NCBI GenBank assembly: GCA_963592385.1
Contig: CAVAWX010000002.1
Span: 1 to 48,717, forward strand
Source: Acidaminococcaceae bacterium
Lineage (GTDB): Bacteria > Actinomycetota > Coriobacteriia > Coriobacteriales > QAMH01
Direction of reading: 5' to 3'
Length of the DNA: 48,717 nt
The translations under genes and the position numbers were made by a program. Below the pieces are notes generated by a model. That model was given only the letters and a program-made list of their open reading frames with translations, made no database searches and was not told where the DNA came from. Positions 1 to 9,692 of the stretch are shown here, piece by piece (the first letter of the stretch is position 1; the number at the start of each line of letters is the position of its first letter).

Positions 1-2
1 GC

Positions 3-79
3 GGGGCATTACCTCAGCTGGATAGAGGGACTGACTACGAATCAGTACGTCACAGGTTCGAATCCTGTATGCCCCACCA
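3..79 (+). tRNA. tRNA-Arg (anticodon ACG)
   Basis: Hand-folded cloverleaf. Acceptor GGGGCAT (3-9) pairs with ATGCCCC (69-75). D stem CCTC/GAGG. Anticodon stem ACTGA/TCAGT with loop CTACGAA and anticodon ACG at 37-39. T arm ACAGG-TTCGAAT-CCTGT. CCA is encoded at 77-79. Confidence 0.9.
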
Positions 80-92
80 CTTGAACTCGCAG

Positions 93-125
93 GCCGAAAG
101 GGCATTTTCGCTCTTTCGGCTTTTT
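93..125 (+). terminator. Rho-independent terminator after the tRNA
   Basis: Stem GCCGAAAG (93-100) pairs with CTTTCGGC (113-120), 12-nt loop, followed by TTTTT (121-125). Confidence 0.5.
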
Positions 126-159
126 GCTTTTCGTCGCGCCGCCTGCCCGCGCGGCTCTC

Positions 160-804
160 TTATAGCTCGCTTTCCTGGGAGACGACGCCGCAGGCGGCGG
201 CGTACATGCGCGCGACCTGCCTGTCCAGGCGCTCGTGCTCGCGCTCGGCGCTGCGCCGCGCCCGCTCCTCGGCAGCCTCGGCGACAGAGAAGCGGCAGCC
301 GCAGTAGTTCTGGCGGTACATCCCCAGCTCGCGCGAGCGGCGCGTGGCTTTCTCGTAGCGGCAGCGGAAATCGCGGAAAACGGCCTCGAGCCCGTGGCGC
401 GCGCAGGCCGCCTCCAGCTCCTCGCGGATGATGTCGGTGAACTGGTAGGGGCTGATGGTCAGCGTCGTGGACATGGCGTCGCAGACCAGCGCCTCGGCCC
501 GCGCGGCCGCCGCCTCGAGGCGCAGCGCATAGCAGGCACGGCAGCGTTTCTCGCGCGCGCCGCCGAAGACGCCCGCCGTGCGTTCCCACGCGTCCACGTC
601 GTAGTCCTCGGCAAACAGGGGCAGCCCGTGCGGTTCGGCCACGAACGCGCGCAGCACCTCGAGGCGCCGCTCGTATTCACCCTGCGGATGGATGTTGGGG
701 TTCGCGTAGTCGACGACAAGCTCTGCGCCCGCCTCGGCAAAGACATCGACCGGCTCGAGCGCGCACGGCCCGCAGCAGGCATGGAGCAGCAGTTTCACGG
801 CCAT
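160..804 (-). CDS. queH: Epoxyqueuosine reductase QueH (DUF208 family)
   Basis: 214-aa ORF. It has the N-terminal HACCGPC cysteine motif plus CRACY and NYCGCRFS motifs typical of QueH. It sits beside queA and tgt. Confidence 0.85.
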   Translation of the reverse strand: MAVKLLLHACCGPCALEPVDVFAEAGAELVVDYANPNIHPQGEYERRLEVLRAFVAEPHGLPLFAEDYDVDAWERTAGVFGGAREKRCRACYALRLEAAAARAEALVCDAMSTTLTISPYQFTDIIREELEAACARHGLEAVFRDFRCRYEKATRRSRELGMYRQNYCGCRFSVAEAAEERARRSAEREHERLDRQVARMYAAACGVVSQESEL

Positions 805-817
805 CGACGCGGATGGC

Positions 818-1240
818 CTACAGGTCGAGGAGCGAGGCGATCTTGGCCTCGGCCTGCGCCTGCGAGATCTGGCCGGACTGCACCTGCGCCAGAATCGACT
901 GCACGTCGTCGGCCTTGTCGAGGTTCTTCGTGACCACCTCGTTCACCTGCTCGGCGTCCGTCACGTCCACGCCGAGGTCTGCGGCGATCTCGGCCACCGC
1001 CTGGACTTCGCTTTCGCTCAGCCCTAGCTGCGTGGTCGCCACCTCGAAGGCGTTGCCGGACTCGGTGCCCGTGGCCGCCGTCACGGCCGACGAGGCGACG
1101 CTTTTGCCCGAGGCGATGCCCTGCACAAACGATAGCGGCATCGTGTTGCCCGTGGCCACGCAGATGCCCAGATAGCCGAAGACGGCGATGAAGAGGACGA
1201 CGACCATGAGGGTGACGGTCTTGAAGACGGTTTTGACCAT
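818..1240 (-). CDS. Hypothetical membrane-anchored protein: one N-terminal TM helix and an acidic helical C-terminal part
   Basis: ATG at 1240 is preceded by GAAGGAG with 8-nt spacing (minus strand). Hydrophobic segment TVTLMVVVLFIAVFGYLGICV. The stop lies 13 nt upstream of the queH start, so co-transcription is likely. I recognise no family. Confidence 0.6.
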   Translation of the reverse strand: MVKTVFKTVTLMVVVLFIAVFGYLGICVATGNTMPLSFVQGIASGKSVASSAVTAATGTESGNAFEVATTQLGLSESEVQAVAEIAADLGVDVTDAEQVNEVVTKNLDKADDVQSILAQVQSGQISQAQAEAKIASLLDL

Positions 1241-1340
1241 GCGACGCGCTCCTTCGCTCGGCTGCACGCGCATGCGCGCACGGCCTTTCCAAGTTGGCGG
1301 GGCCTTTTGCTATCATCATGCATTCAGTTAAGGAGAGCAG

Positions 1341-2516
1341 ATGAAGACCGACGATTTCGACTACGAACTTCCCGAAACCTACATAGCCCAGACGCCTGCC
1401 GTGCCGCGCGACTCGTGCAAGCTCATGGTGCTGGAGCGTGACGGCCGCGTCGCGCACCGCGTCTTCTCCGACATCGTGGACTACGTGCGCCCGGGCGATT
1501 TGTTCGTGGTGAACGAGACGCGCGTGTTGCCCGCGCGCCTGTTCGGGCGCAAGGCGACGGGCGGGCGCGTCGAGTGCCTGCTGCTCGACCGGGTGGCGCA
1601 CGCGACGGCCGACGCGGCCGAGCAGACCTGGAACTGCATGGTGCGGCCGGGCAAGCGCCTGAAGCCGGGCGCGCGCATCGAGTTTCGCGCAGGCGACGGG
1701 GGCGCGGGCGCTGGGGACAACGGTGAAGAGGGCGGTGAAAGGGCTGGTGAAACGTCCGCCGGCGCTGGCACCGCTGCAGCAGACGCCGCCGCCTCCGAGG
1801 GCGCCCCGCTGCTTCTCGGCGAGGTGGTGGGCATAGACCCCGACAACGGCAGCCGCGCCGTCCGCTTCACCCTGCCCGAGGGCGCGGACTTCGCAGACGT
1901 GGCCGCCGCGCTGCACGAGCTGGGGCACACGCCCCTGCCGCCCTACATCAAAGACTACGCCGGCGACGAGGAGCTCTACCAGACGGTCTACGCGAAAGAG
2001 GAGAGGAGCGCCGCCGCGCCGACGGCCGGCCTGCACTTCACCGAGGAGCTGATCGCGCGCATGAAGGATGCGGGCGCGCGCTTCGCGCAGGTGGACCTCG
2101 AGGTGGGGCTGGACACGTTTCGCCTCGTGGAAGAAGACGACCCCGCCGAGCACGCCATGCACACGGAGCGCTACACGGTGCCGCCCGCGACCGCGCGCGC
2201 CGTGGCCGCCACGAAGGCAGCCGGCGGGCGCGTGATCGCCGTGGGCACGACCTCGGTGCGCTCGCTGGAATCCGCCGCCGCGGCAACAGGCGTCGTCGAG
2301 GCGTGCGAGCGCGCGGCCACCGACCTGTTCATCCTGCCGGGATACGAGTTCAAGGTGGTCGACGCCATCGTCACGAACTTCCACGTCCCGCGCTCGACGC
2401 TGATGATGCTCGTGTCGGCGTTTTCGGGGCGCGAGCACATCATGGATGCCTACGAGCAGGCAAAACGCGAGAACTACCGCTTCTTCAGCTTCGGCGACGC
2501 GATGCTGTTGCTGTAA
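1341..2516 (+). CDS. queA: S-adenosylmethionine:tRNA ribosyltransferase-isomerase QueA
   Basis: 391 aa. The N-terminus DFDYELPETYIAQTP and C-terminus NFHVPRSTLMMLVSAF...YRFFSFGDAMLL are typical of QueA. AAGGAG SD at 1330-1335. Confidence 0.92.
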   Translation: MKTDDFDYELPETYIAQTPAVPRDSCKLMVLERDGRVAHRVFSDIVDYVRPGDLFVVNETRVLPARLFGRKATGGRVECLLLDRVAHATADAAEQTWNCMVRPGKRLKPGARIEFRAGDGGAGAGDNGEEGGERAGETSAGAGTAAADAAASEGAPLLLGEVVGIDPDNGSRAVRFTLPEGADFADVAAALHELGHTPLPPYIKDYAGDEELYQTVYAKEERSAAAPTAGLHFTEELIARMKDAGARFAQVDLEVGLDTFRLVEEDDPAEHAMHTERYTVPPATARAVAATKAAGGRVIAVGTTSVRSLESAAAATGVVEACERAATDLFILPGYEFKVVDAIVTNFHVPRSTLMMLVSAFSGREHIMDAYEQAKRENYRFFSFGDAMLLL

Positions 2517-2656
2517 GGGAGGGACGCGGCGGGCACGCATGGCCACGCACAGGCACGGGCGGTCCGCACCCGCGCACCCGCGCCCGCGAGCTGGCCGCTG
2601 CCACGTTCACCACGACACGGACCGGGAGGGCTGCCCCGCGCACCCCCCGCGATTGA

Positions 2657-3784
<1,128 letters not shown>

Positions 3785-3973
3785 GGTAGGGCGCCGTCGC
3801 CCGGCGCCTCGTCTTCACGAGACCGCCACGCCTGCCCGCGCTCTCCAAAAAAACTTCCCACGGCTTCCCCCGCGCCCGCGCGTGCTAGGGGTTGTGCCCT
3901 CTTTTTCACCATGCACAAGATGTTGCGTCGGCCCCCTTCCAGGGATGGGGCGCGCATGCCCTTTACCCAGCGT

Positions 3974-4023
3974 CTTGGGGGACTTCGGGGGAAAAGAGTA
4001 TTGAGAAATGGGAAGAAATGGGA
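3974..4023 (+). promoter_or_regulatory. Candidate MraZ operator: phased G-rich boxes
   Basis: CTTGGGGGA (3974-3982), CTTCGGGGGA (3983-3992), then a perfect tandem AGAAATGGGA at 4004-4013 and 4014-4023. The units have about 10-bp periodicity and carry TGGGA cores. Confidence 0.4.
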
Positions 4024-4029
4024 TATATT
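4001..4029 (+). promoter_or_regulatory. Candidate sigma-70-type promoter of the dcw operon (Pmra)
   Basis: TTGAGA (4001-4006), a 17-nt spacer, then TATATT (4024-4029), about 85 nt upstream of the mraZ ATG. Confidence 0.45.
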
Positions 4030-4036
4030 TCCAAAC

Positions 4037-4078
4037 GCAGCCCCTCAACCGAAGCCTAATCACAGCACGGGGGGCTGC
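4037..4078 (+). promoter_or_regulatory. Stem-loop in the mraZ 5' leader
   Basis: GCAGCCCC (4037-4044) pairs with GGGGCTGC (4071-4078), 26-nt loop. Function unknown. Confidence 0.3.
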
Positions 4079-4111
4079 TCTTAGAAGCTAGCTTGCGCGG
4101 GGAGGTGGCAC

Positions 4112-4537
4112 ATGCGTTTCTTCGGCACGGACGAGCGGTCCGTCGACGACAAGGGGCGTGTGTCGCTTCCCGCCAAGATGCGCAAGGCGCTGCCGGACGA
4201 GGTCGTGATCGTCCCCGGCTTCGACGACGCCCTCTACGTGTTTTCCGAAGAGGCGTTCCTCGACTGGGTGGACTCCTTCTTCCCCGAAGAAGAAGGCGGC
4301 TACGACCCGCGCAAACGCGCGCATATCGAGCTTCGTTCGGCGCTCACGCGCTCGGCTGAAAGCGTGAGCATCGACTCTGTGGGGCGGGTGAAGATCCCGG
4401 CCAAGCAGCGCGTGCGGGCTTCGATCGAAAAGGATGTGACCGTCACCGGCAACGACGACCACATCGAGCTTTGGGACTCGCGGAAGTTTGCAGACCACGA
4501 CGACTCGTTCTGCATCGACGACCTCCTCGAGGACTGA
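4112..4537 (+). CDS. mraZ: Transcriptional regulator MraZ
   Basis: 141 aa. Has the duplicated SpoVT/AbrB-like signature (DDKGRVSLPAKMR ... DSVGRVKIPAKQR). First gene of the dcw cluster. Confidence 0.93.
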   Translation: MRFFGTDERSVDDKGRVSLPAKMRKALPDEVVIVPGFDDALYVFSEEAFLDWVDSFFPEEEGGYDPRKRAHIELRSALTRSAESVSIDSVGRVKIPAKQRVRASIEKDVTVTGNDDHIELWDSRKFADHDDSFCIDDLLED

Positions 4538-4545
4538 GCAGCACG

Positions 4546-5522
4546 TTGAAACGCGAATACCGGCACACTCCCGTCATGCTGGAGGAAGTGCTCGCGGCGC
4601 TCGACGTGCAGCCGGGGGAGGTCTACCTGGACTGCACGCTCGGCGCGGCAGGGCACGCGAAGGCCGCCGCCGCGCGCATCGCGCCGGATGGCCTGCTCCT
4701 CGGCATCGACCAAGACGATGCGGCACTTGCGGCGGCGTCTGAGGCACTGGCCGACTCGGGCCTTTGCGGCAAGCCTGTTCTGATGAAGGGGAATTTCTCC
4801 TGCATGGACGACTTGCTCGTGGAGGCTGCCGTGCCCGGCGTCGATGCGGTCTTGCTCGATTTGGGAGTGAGCTCTCCGCAGTTCGACTTTGCCGAGCGGG
4901 GCTTCTCCTACCGCATGGACGCCCCGCTCGACATGCGCATGGACCCGCAGACGCAGACGATGTCCGCGGCCGATGTGCTCGCAAGCTACTCATGCGATGA
5001 ACTCACGCACGTGCTTTCAGCGACGAACTCACGCACGTGTTTTCAGCGTACGGCGAGGAAAAATGGGCTGCCCGCATCGCTCGATTCGTGTGCGACGAGC
5101 GGCGCGGGCACCCCGTCGAGACCACGTTCCAGCTCGTCGACATAGTGAAGCGCGCGATCCCGGCCGCTGCCCGCCGCGAGGGCGGACACCCGGCCAAGCG
5201 CACGTTCCAGGCGCTGCGCATCGAGGTGAACCACGAGCTCGACGCGTTGCGCGCGGGACTCGACGCGGCGATCCGCTGGCTGAACCCCGGCGGGCGCGTC
5301 GCGGTCATCAGCTACCACTCGCTCGAGGACCGCATCGTGAAGGAGACCTTCCGCAAAGCGGAGAAGCCCTGCGTATGCCCGCCGGATCTGCCGGTGTGCG
5401 TGTGCGGGAGAAAGCCGGTGCTCGAGGTGCTGACGCGCAAGCCGGTGCGTGCGTCGGCGGCCGAAATCGAAGAGAACCCGCGGGCGCACAGCGCGCTTCT
5501 GCGGGCGGCACGGAAGTTGTAG
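4546..5522 (+). pseudogene. rsmH: 16S rRNA (cytosine1402-N4)-methyltransferase RsmH, frame-shifted by a 26-bp tandem duplication
   Basis: The N-terminal part (YRHTPVMLEEV...LDCTLGAAGH...DLGVSSPQFD) is in the frame of TTG 4546. The C-terminal part ([16 protein letters not shown]...[12 protein letters not shown]...NPRAHSA) is in a different frame and ends at 5522. The switch occurs at the duplication (4994-5045). Removing one copy leaves 951 nt, a continuous 316-aa ORF. Confidence 0.85.
4994..5045 (+). repeat. Imperfect 26-bp tandem duplication (2 copies, 2 mismatches)
   Basis: GCGATGAACTCACGCACGTGCTTTCA (4994-5019) is directly followed by GCGACGAACTCACGCACGTGTTTTCA (5020-5045). Confidence 0.95.
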
Positions 5523-5623
5523 CGCGCGCATGAGGTAGGCGCGTGTGAACGAAAGAGAGCTGCGGTGCGCATGAAGGCAGGCGCGCCGGGGCAGGGTGAA
5601 ATGGACGGCGAAGAGGAAAGGAG

Positions 5624-6313
5624 ATGCAGGACATGGCACGCGGCAGCTACCAGACGCGCGGCGCAAGCTCCCGCAGCACGCGCGGCGGCTCTGGGCGCGC
5701 GACGTCTGCGCGCGCTGCTTCGACGCGCACGGGCGCGACGGCCGCGGGCTCCAGGACGCGCTACGCGCAGGGACGCGACGCCGCGTCCACGGGGGCAGCC
5801 GGGCATTCGCGCTATGCGTACGGCTCCGAGGCCGTCGACTTCGAGCGCCTCGAGCGCGAGCAGGCGCAGACCTCCCACGAGCGCGTACGCGAGTTTTCCC
5901 GCAAGCCCCGCCTGCACGCCCACGACGGCGCCGGCCGCAAGCCCGTAGGCATCAGCTACGCGCAGTCGCTGCTCTTCAAGGCCGTCATCGCCTGCGCCGC
6001 CCTCATCGCCGCCGCCGCCTTCGTCAGCGTGTGGATGAACGCCTCGACGCTGCAGACCATGGCCAACACCGAAAGCCTCGCCGGGCAGATCAAGGCCGCG
6101 CAGGCCGCCACGACCAAGCTCGAGCTCGAGCATTCCCAGCTCACGAGCCCCGCACGCCTCGAGTCCGCCGCCGCGGGCCTCGGCATGAGCGTGGACACCA
6201 GCGCCGAGTTCATCGAGGTGGACCCCGTGCCCACGGTCGTCACCTTCTCCAACGGCAGGATATCCATAGCCGACACGATCGAGAGCACCCGTCTGGCCGC
6301 GGCCCGCGACTAG
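5624..6313 (+). CDS. FtsL-like cell division membrane protein (positional call)
   Basis: 229-aa ORF between rsmH and ftsI. About 110-aa Arg/Ser/Gly-rich N-terminus, one TM helix (LLFKAVIACAALIAAAAFVSVWM), then a coiled-coil-like periplasmic part. The start may be ATG 5633 instead. Confidence 0.6.
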   Translation: MQDMARGSYQTRGASSRSTRGGSGRATSARAASTRTGATAAGSRTRYAQGRDAASTGAAGHSRYAYGSEAVDFERLEREQAQTSHERVREFSRKPRLHAHDGAGRKPVGISYAQSLLFKAVIACAALIAAAAFVSVWMNASTLQTMANTESLAGQIKAAQAATTKLELEHSQLTSPARLESAAAGLGMSVDTSAEFIEVDPVPTVVTFSNGRISIADTIESTRLAAARD

Positions 6314-6349
6314 GACGCGCACGGCAGCGCCGGCCGAGACGACAGCCGC

Positions 6350-8158
6350 ATGGCACACGAGAAACGCGACAGCATATTCGAGAGGGCGCCGTCCACGCGC
6401 GACTGGACGATACTGCTGGTGTTCGCCGTCCTGTTCACCGCCATCGTGGCCCGTCTCGTGTGGGTGCAGGTGATCGACGCCGACGAGAACGCGCGCAAGG
6501 CCCGCGAGTCGCACACCACCGAGGTCGTGCAGACCGTGAAGCGCGGCACCATCTACGACCGCAACGGCGAGACGATCGCGGCCAGCATCGACGCGACGAC
6601 CATCTACGCCGACCCGACCGAGGTCCAAGACCCGCAAAGCGTCGCCCGCGTGCTGGCCTCCCATCTCGAGGAGCCCTACAAGCTGGGCTACGAGGACTGC
6701 CTGTCGCTTGTGACGACGCAAAACACCTCCTTCGTCTACATCAAGCGCAAGGCCGACGCCGACGTGGCCAAGGCGCTGAAAGAGGAGCTGAAGTCCAAGA
6801 GTCTCGCCGGCATCCACTACCTCTCCGACAGCAAGCGCGTCTACCCCAACAACGAGACCGGCGCGCAGGTGATAGGCTCCATCGACGTGGACGGCAACGG
6901 CATCGCCGGCCTCGAGATGCAGTACAACGAGCTGCTGTCCGGCTCGAGCGACACCAGCGACGTCACGCAGGGGCTGAAGGGCATCCCGATGGTCGGCGTC
7001 ACGACGGGCACGGACGCCACGGACGCGACGGGCAGCTCCATCACGACCTCCATCGACATCAAGCTGCAGCAGCGCTGCGAGACGAGCCTGCTGTCCACCA
7101 TCGAGGAGTACAAGGCCAAGGGCGGCTCTGCCACGGTGGTGGACGCGGCCACGGGCGAGATATACGCCGCGTGCTCGTTCACGCAAAAGGAGACGACGGA
7201 CGAGAGCGCGGGCGGGGAGAGCTCGGGCGAGGCCGCCGACGGCGAAAGCAGCGGCGAGAAGCTGTCCTGGGGCCAGGACGTGGGCAAGATCTGGAGCCTC
7301 GACGACTCCTACGAGCCGGGCTCGACCTTCAAGGCGCTCACCGCCGCCGCCGTGCTCGAACACACGGACACGACCCCCGATTCCGTGTTCTCCGTGCCCT
7401 CCAAGCTGCAGGTCTACGACTCCACGGTGACGGACTCGCACGAGCACGGCGACATCGAGCTGAGCCTGAGCTCCATCATCGCGCAAAGCTCCAACATCGG
7501 CATGGTGAAGGCCGGCGAGACCCTCTCCAACGAGCAGCTGCGCGAGACCTACAAGGCCTTCGGCATAGGGGTGAAACCCGAGACGGATTTCCCGGGCGTC
7601 GTCTCCGGGCTGCTCGAGCAGACGTCTGACTGGGACGGCGTGCAGGAGGCCAACATCACCTTCGGCCAGGGCCTGAGCACGAGCGCCCTGCAGATGGCGC
7701 GCGCCTACTGCGCCTTGGAGCAGGGCGGGACGCTGCGCACGCCGCACTTCCTCACCGGCGTGGTCCAAGACGAGGAGGCCTCGCTCGAGTACGCGCAGAA
7801 GTTCTCCGCCACCTCGCAGGCCTGCGACGCCGAGGTGTGCGCGCAGGTCACGGGCATGCTGCGCCAGGTGGTCGCAAGCGAGGAGGGCACGGGCAACGAC
7901 GCGGCCATCGAGGGCTTCGACGTGGTGGGAAAGACGGGCACGGCCGAGGTCGCCGACAACTCGGGGAAGTACCGCGCGGGCGCCTACATCGTCTCGTTTG
8001 CCGGCTGGCTGGAAGGCTCCACGAGCGACCTCGTGTGCATCGTGACGGTCGAGGAGCCCCAGACGGAATCGGGCGGCGGTCCTGTGTGCGGGCCTGTTTT
8101 TGCCGATATCATGTCGTTTGCCATCGGGTGCTACCAAATCAGCCCCGATAGAAGTTAA
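6350..8158 (+). CDS. ftsI: Class B penicillin-binding protein (FtsI-type transpeptidase)
   Basis: 602 aa. N-terminal TM helix and the transpeptidase motifs STFK, SSN and KTGTA. dcw position. Confidence 0.9.
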   Translation: MAHEKRDSIFERAPSTRDWTILLVFAVLFTAIVARLVWVQVIDADENARKARESHTTEVVQTVKRGTIYDRNGETIAASIDATTIYADPTEVQDPQSVARVLASHLEEPYKLGYEDCLSLVTTQNTSFVYIKRKADADVAKALKEELKSKSLAGIHYLSDSKRVYPNNETGAQVIGSIDVDGNGIAGLEMQYNELLSGSSDTSDVTQGLKGIPMVGVTTGTDATDATGSSITTSIDIKLQQRCETSLLSTIEEYKAKGGSATVVDAATGEIYAACSFTQKETTDESAGGESSGEAADGESSGEKLSWGQDVGKIWSLDDSYEPGSTFKALTAAAVLEHTDTTPDSVFSVPSKLQVYDSTVTDSHEHGDIELSLSSIIAQSSNIGMVKAGETLSNEQLRETYKAFGIGVKPETDFPGVVSGLLEQTSDWDGVQEANITFGQGLSTSALQMARAYCALEQGGTLRTPHFLTGVVQDEEASLEYAQKFSATSQACDAEVCAQVTGMLRQVVASEEGTGNDAAIEGFDVVGKTGTAEVADNSGKYRAGAYIVSFAGWLEGSTSDLVCIVTVEEPQTESGGGPVCGPVFADIMSFAIGCYQISPDRS

Positions 8159-8210
8159 ATATTCGTTTGGATTTCGGACAGTCGGGCGAGAGGCGGCAGG
8201 GGAAAAGAGC

Positions 8211-9692
8211 ATGCAGCTTGCAATCGAGAAGGTCTTTTCCGGCGTGGAGCATGCCGTCGTGCGCGGGAGCATCGATTCCGTGCTCGTGGGCGACGTCGTC
8301 TACGCCTCCTCGGAGGTGAAGCCCGGGGCGCTCTTTTTCTGCGTCGTGGGCACGCGCGTGGACGGGCACGACTTCGCGCAGGCCGCCGTCGCGGCGGGCG
8401 CGGTCGCCCTCGTGGTCGAGCGCCCGGTCGAAGGCTGCGAGGTGCCCCAGATACAGGTGGCCGACACGCGGCGCGCGCTGGCTTTGTGCGCGGCGAACTT
8501 CTTCGGCCGCCCTGCCGAGAAGCTTTCCCTCGTGGGCGTGACCGGCACGAACGGCAAGACGACGACGACCTTCCTCGTCGAGCACATGGCGGCATGCGCC
8601 GCGAAGGTGAAGACGGGCCTTGTGGGCACGGTCGAGGTGCACGTGGGCGACGAGCGCCGCCGCTCGCTTCGCACCACCCCGGAAAGCCGCGATCTGCAGG
8701 CGCTGCTTGCCGACATGGTGGACGCGGGCGTGGGCGTGGCGGCCCTCGAGGTGTCGAGCCACGCCATCGACTTGAACCGCATCGCGGGCACGCGCTTTGC
8801 CGTCGCGGCCTTCACCAACCTCTCCCAAGACCACCTCGACTACCACAAGACCATGGAGGACTACTTCGCGGCCAAGGCGCGCCTGTTCACCGACCACGAG
8901 GTGGGCGCGCGCGTCGTCTGCATCGACCACGAGCACGGCAGGCGCCTCGTGCAGATCTGCGAGCAGGCCGGCCACGAGGTCTTGACGGTCGGGGCGAACC
9001 GCGAGGCCTTCGTGCATCTGGAACGCGCCGTCTACGCGCCGCACACGACGCTTGTCACGCTGTCGTTCGGCGGCCAGCAGACAGACGAGTTCGCCTTGCC
9101 GCTGGTGGGGCGCTTCAACGTGGAAAACGCCCTCGTGTGCGCGGGCATCGGCGTGGCGCTGGGATATGCCCCGCAGGAGATATGCGACGCCCTCGCCTCG
9201 GCGCCGCAGGTGCCGGGCCGCATGCAGAGCGTGCAGGGCACGGACGGCACGCAGCCGCCCTTCGGCGTGCTCGTGGACTACGCGCACACGCCCGATGCCG
9301 TCGCCAAGGCCATCTCCGCCGTGGCCGACGTCACCCCCGGGCGCGTCATCTGCGTGTTCGGCTGCGGCGGCGACCGCGACCGCGACAAGCGCCCGAAGAT
9401 GGGAGCGGCCGCGTTGTCGGCCGACATCGCCGTCGTCACCTCAGACAACCCGCGCACCGAAGACGCGCGCTCCATCATCGACCAGATCCTGCCCGGCATG
9501 GAGGGCGCCGGCGCGCGCGTGCACGTCGAGCCCGACCGCCGCCGCGCAGTGCGCCTCGCGCTCTCGCTGGCCGAAAGCGGCGACGCCGTGCTGATCTGCG
9601 GCAAGGGCCACGAGGACTACCAGATAGTGGGCACCGAGAAGCTGCCCTTCGACGACCGCGTCGTCGCGGCCGAGGAGATCGATGCCCTGTGA
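8211..9692 (+). CDS. murE: UDP-N-acetylmuramoyl-L-alanyl-D-glutamate--2,6-diaminopimelate ligase MurE
   Basis: ATG at 8211. Mur ligase P-loop GVTGTNGKTTT and the DNPR motif (TSDNPRTED) associated with meso-DAP specificity. Confidence 0.93.
   Translation: MQLAIEKVFSGVEHAVVRGSIDSVLVGDVVYASSEVKPGALFFCVVGTRVDGHDFAQAAVAAGAVALVVERPVEGCEVPQIQVADTRRALALCAANFFGRPAEKLSLVGVTGTNGKTTTTFLVEHMAACAAKVKTGLVGTVEVHVGDERRRSLRTTPESRDLQALLADMVDAGVGVAALEVSSHAIDLNRIAGTRFAVAAFTNLSQDHLDYHKTMEDYFAAKARLFTDHEVGARVVCIDHEHGRRLVQICEQAGHEVLTVGANREAFVHLERAVYAPHTTLVTLSFGGQQTDEFALPLVGRFNVENALVCAGIGVALGYAPQEICDALASAPQVPGRMQSVQGTDGTQPPFGVLVDYAHTPDAVAKAISAVADVTPGRVICVFGCGGDRDRDKRPKMGAAALSADIAVVTSDNPRTEDARSIIDQILPGMEGAGARVHVEPDRRRAVRLALSLAESGDAVLICGKGHEDYQIVGTEKLPFDDRVVAAEEIDAL

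Noticed and set aside
4994-5050. Programmed ribosomal frameshifting as an explanation for the two rsmH frames.
   Set aside because: No slippery heptamer or downstream pseudoknot is evident. The frame change coincides exactly with a 26-bp duplication, which is a sufficient mutational explanation.
5312-8272. 986-aa minus-strand ORF antisense to rsmH, ftsL and ftsI. Similar giant alternate-frame or antisense ORFs include 795-2546(-), 2474-3670(-), 8486-11122(+) N-terminal part, 9617-11143(-), 12403-14979(+), 13634-15139(-), 31352-34111(-), 34954-37092(+), 36320-38311(-), 42171-43364(-) and 43568-45568(+).
   Set aside because: Their composition is Arg/Ala/Gly/Pro/His-rich with no recognisable motifs. 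Each fully overlaps a strongly recognisable gene in another frame or strand. This is the typical stop-codon-poor artefact of high-GC DNA.
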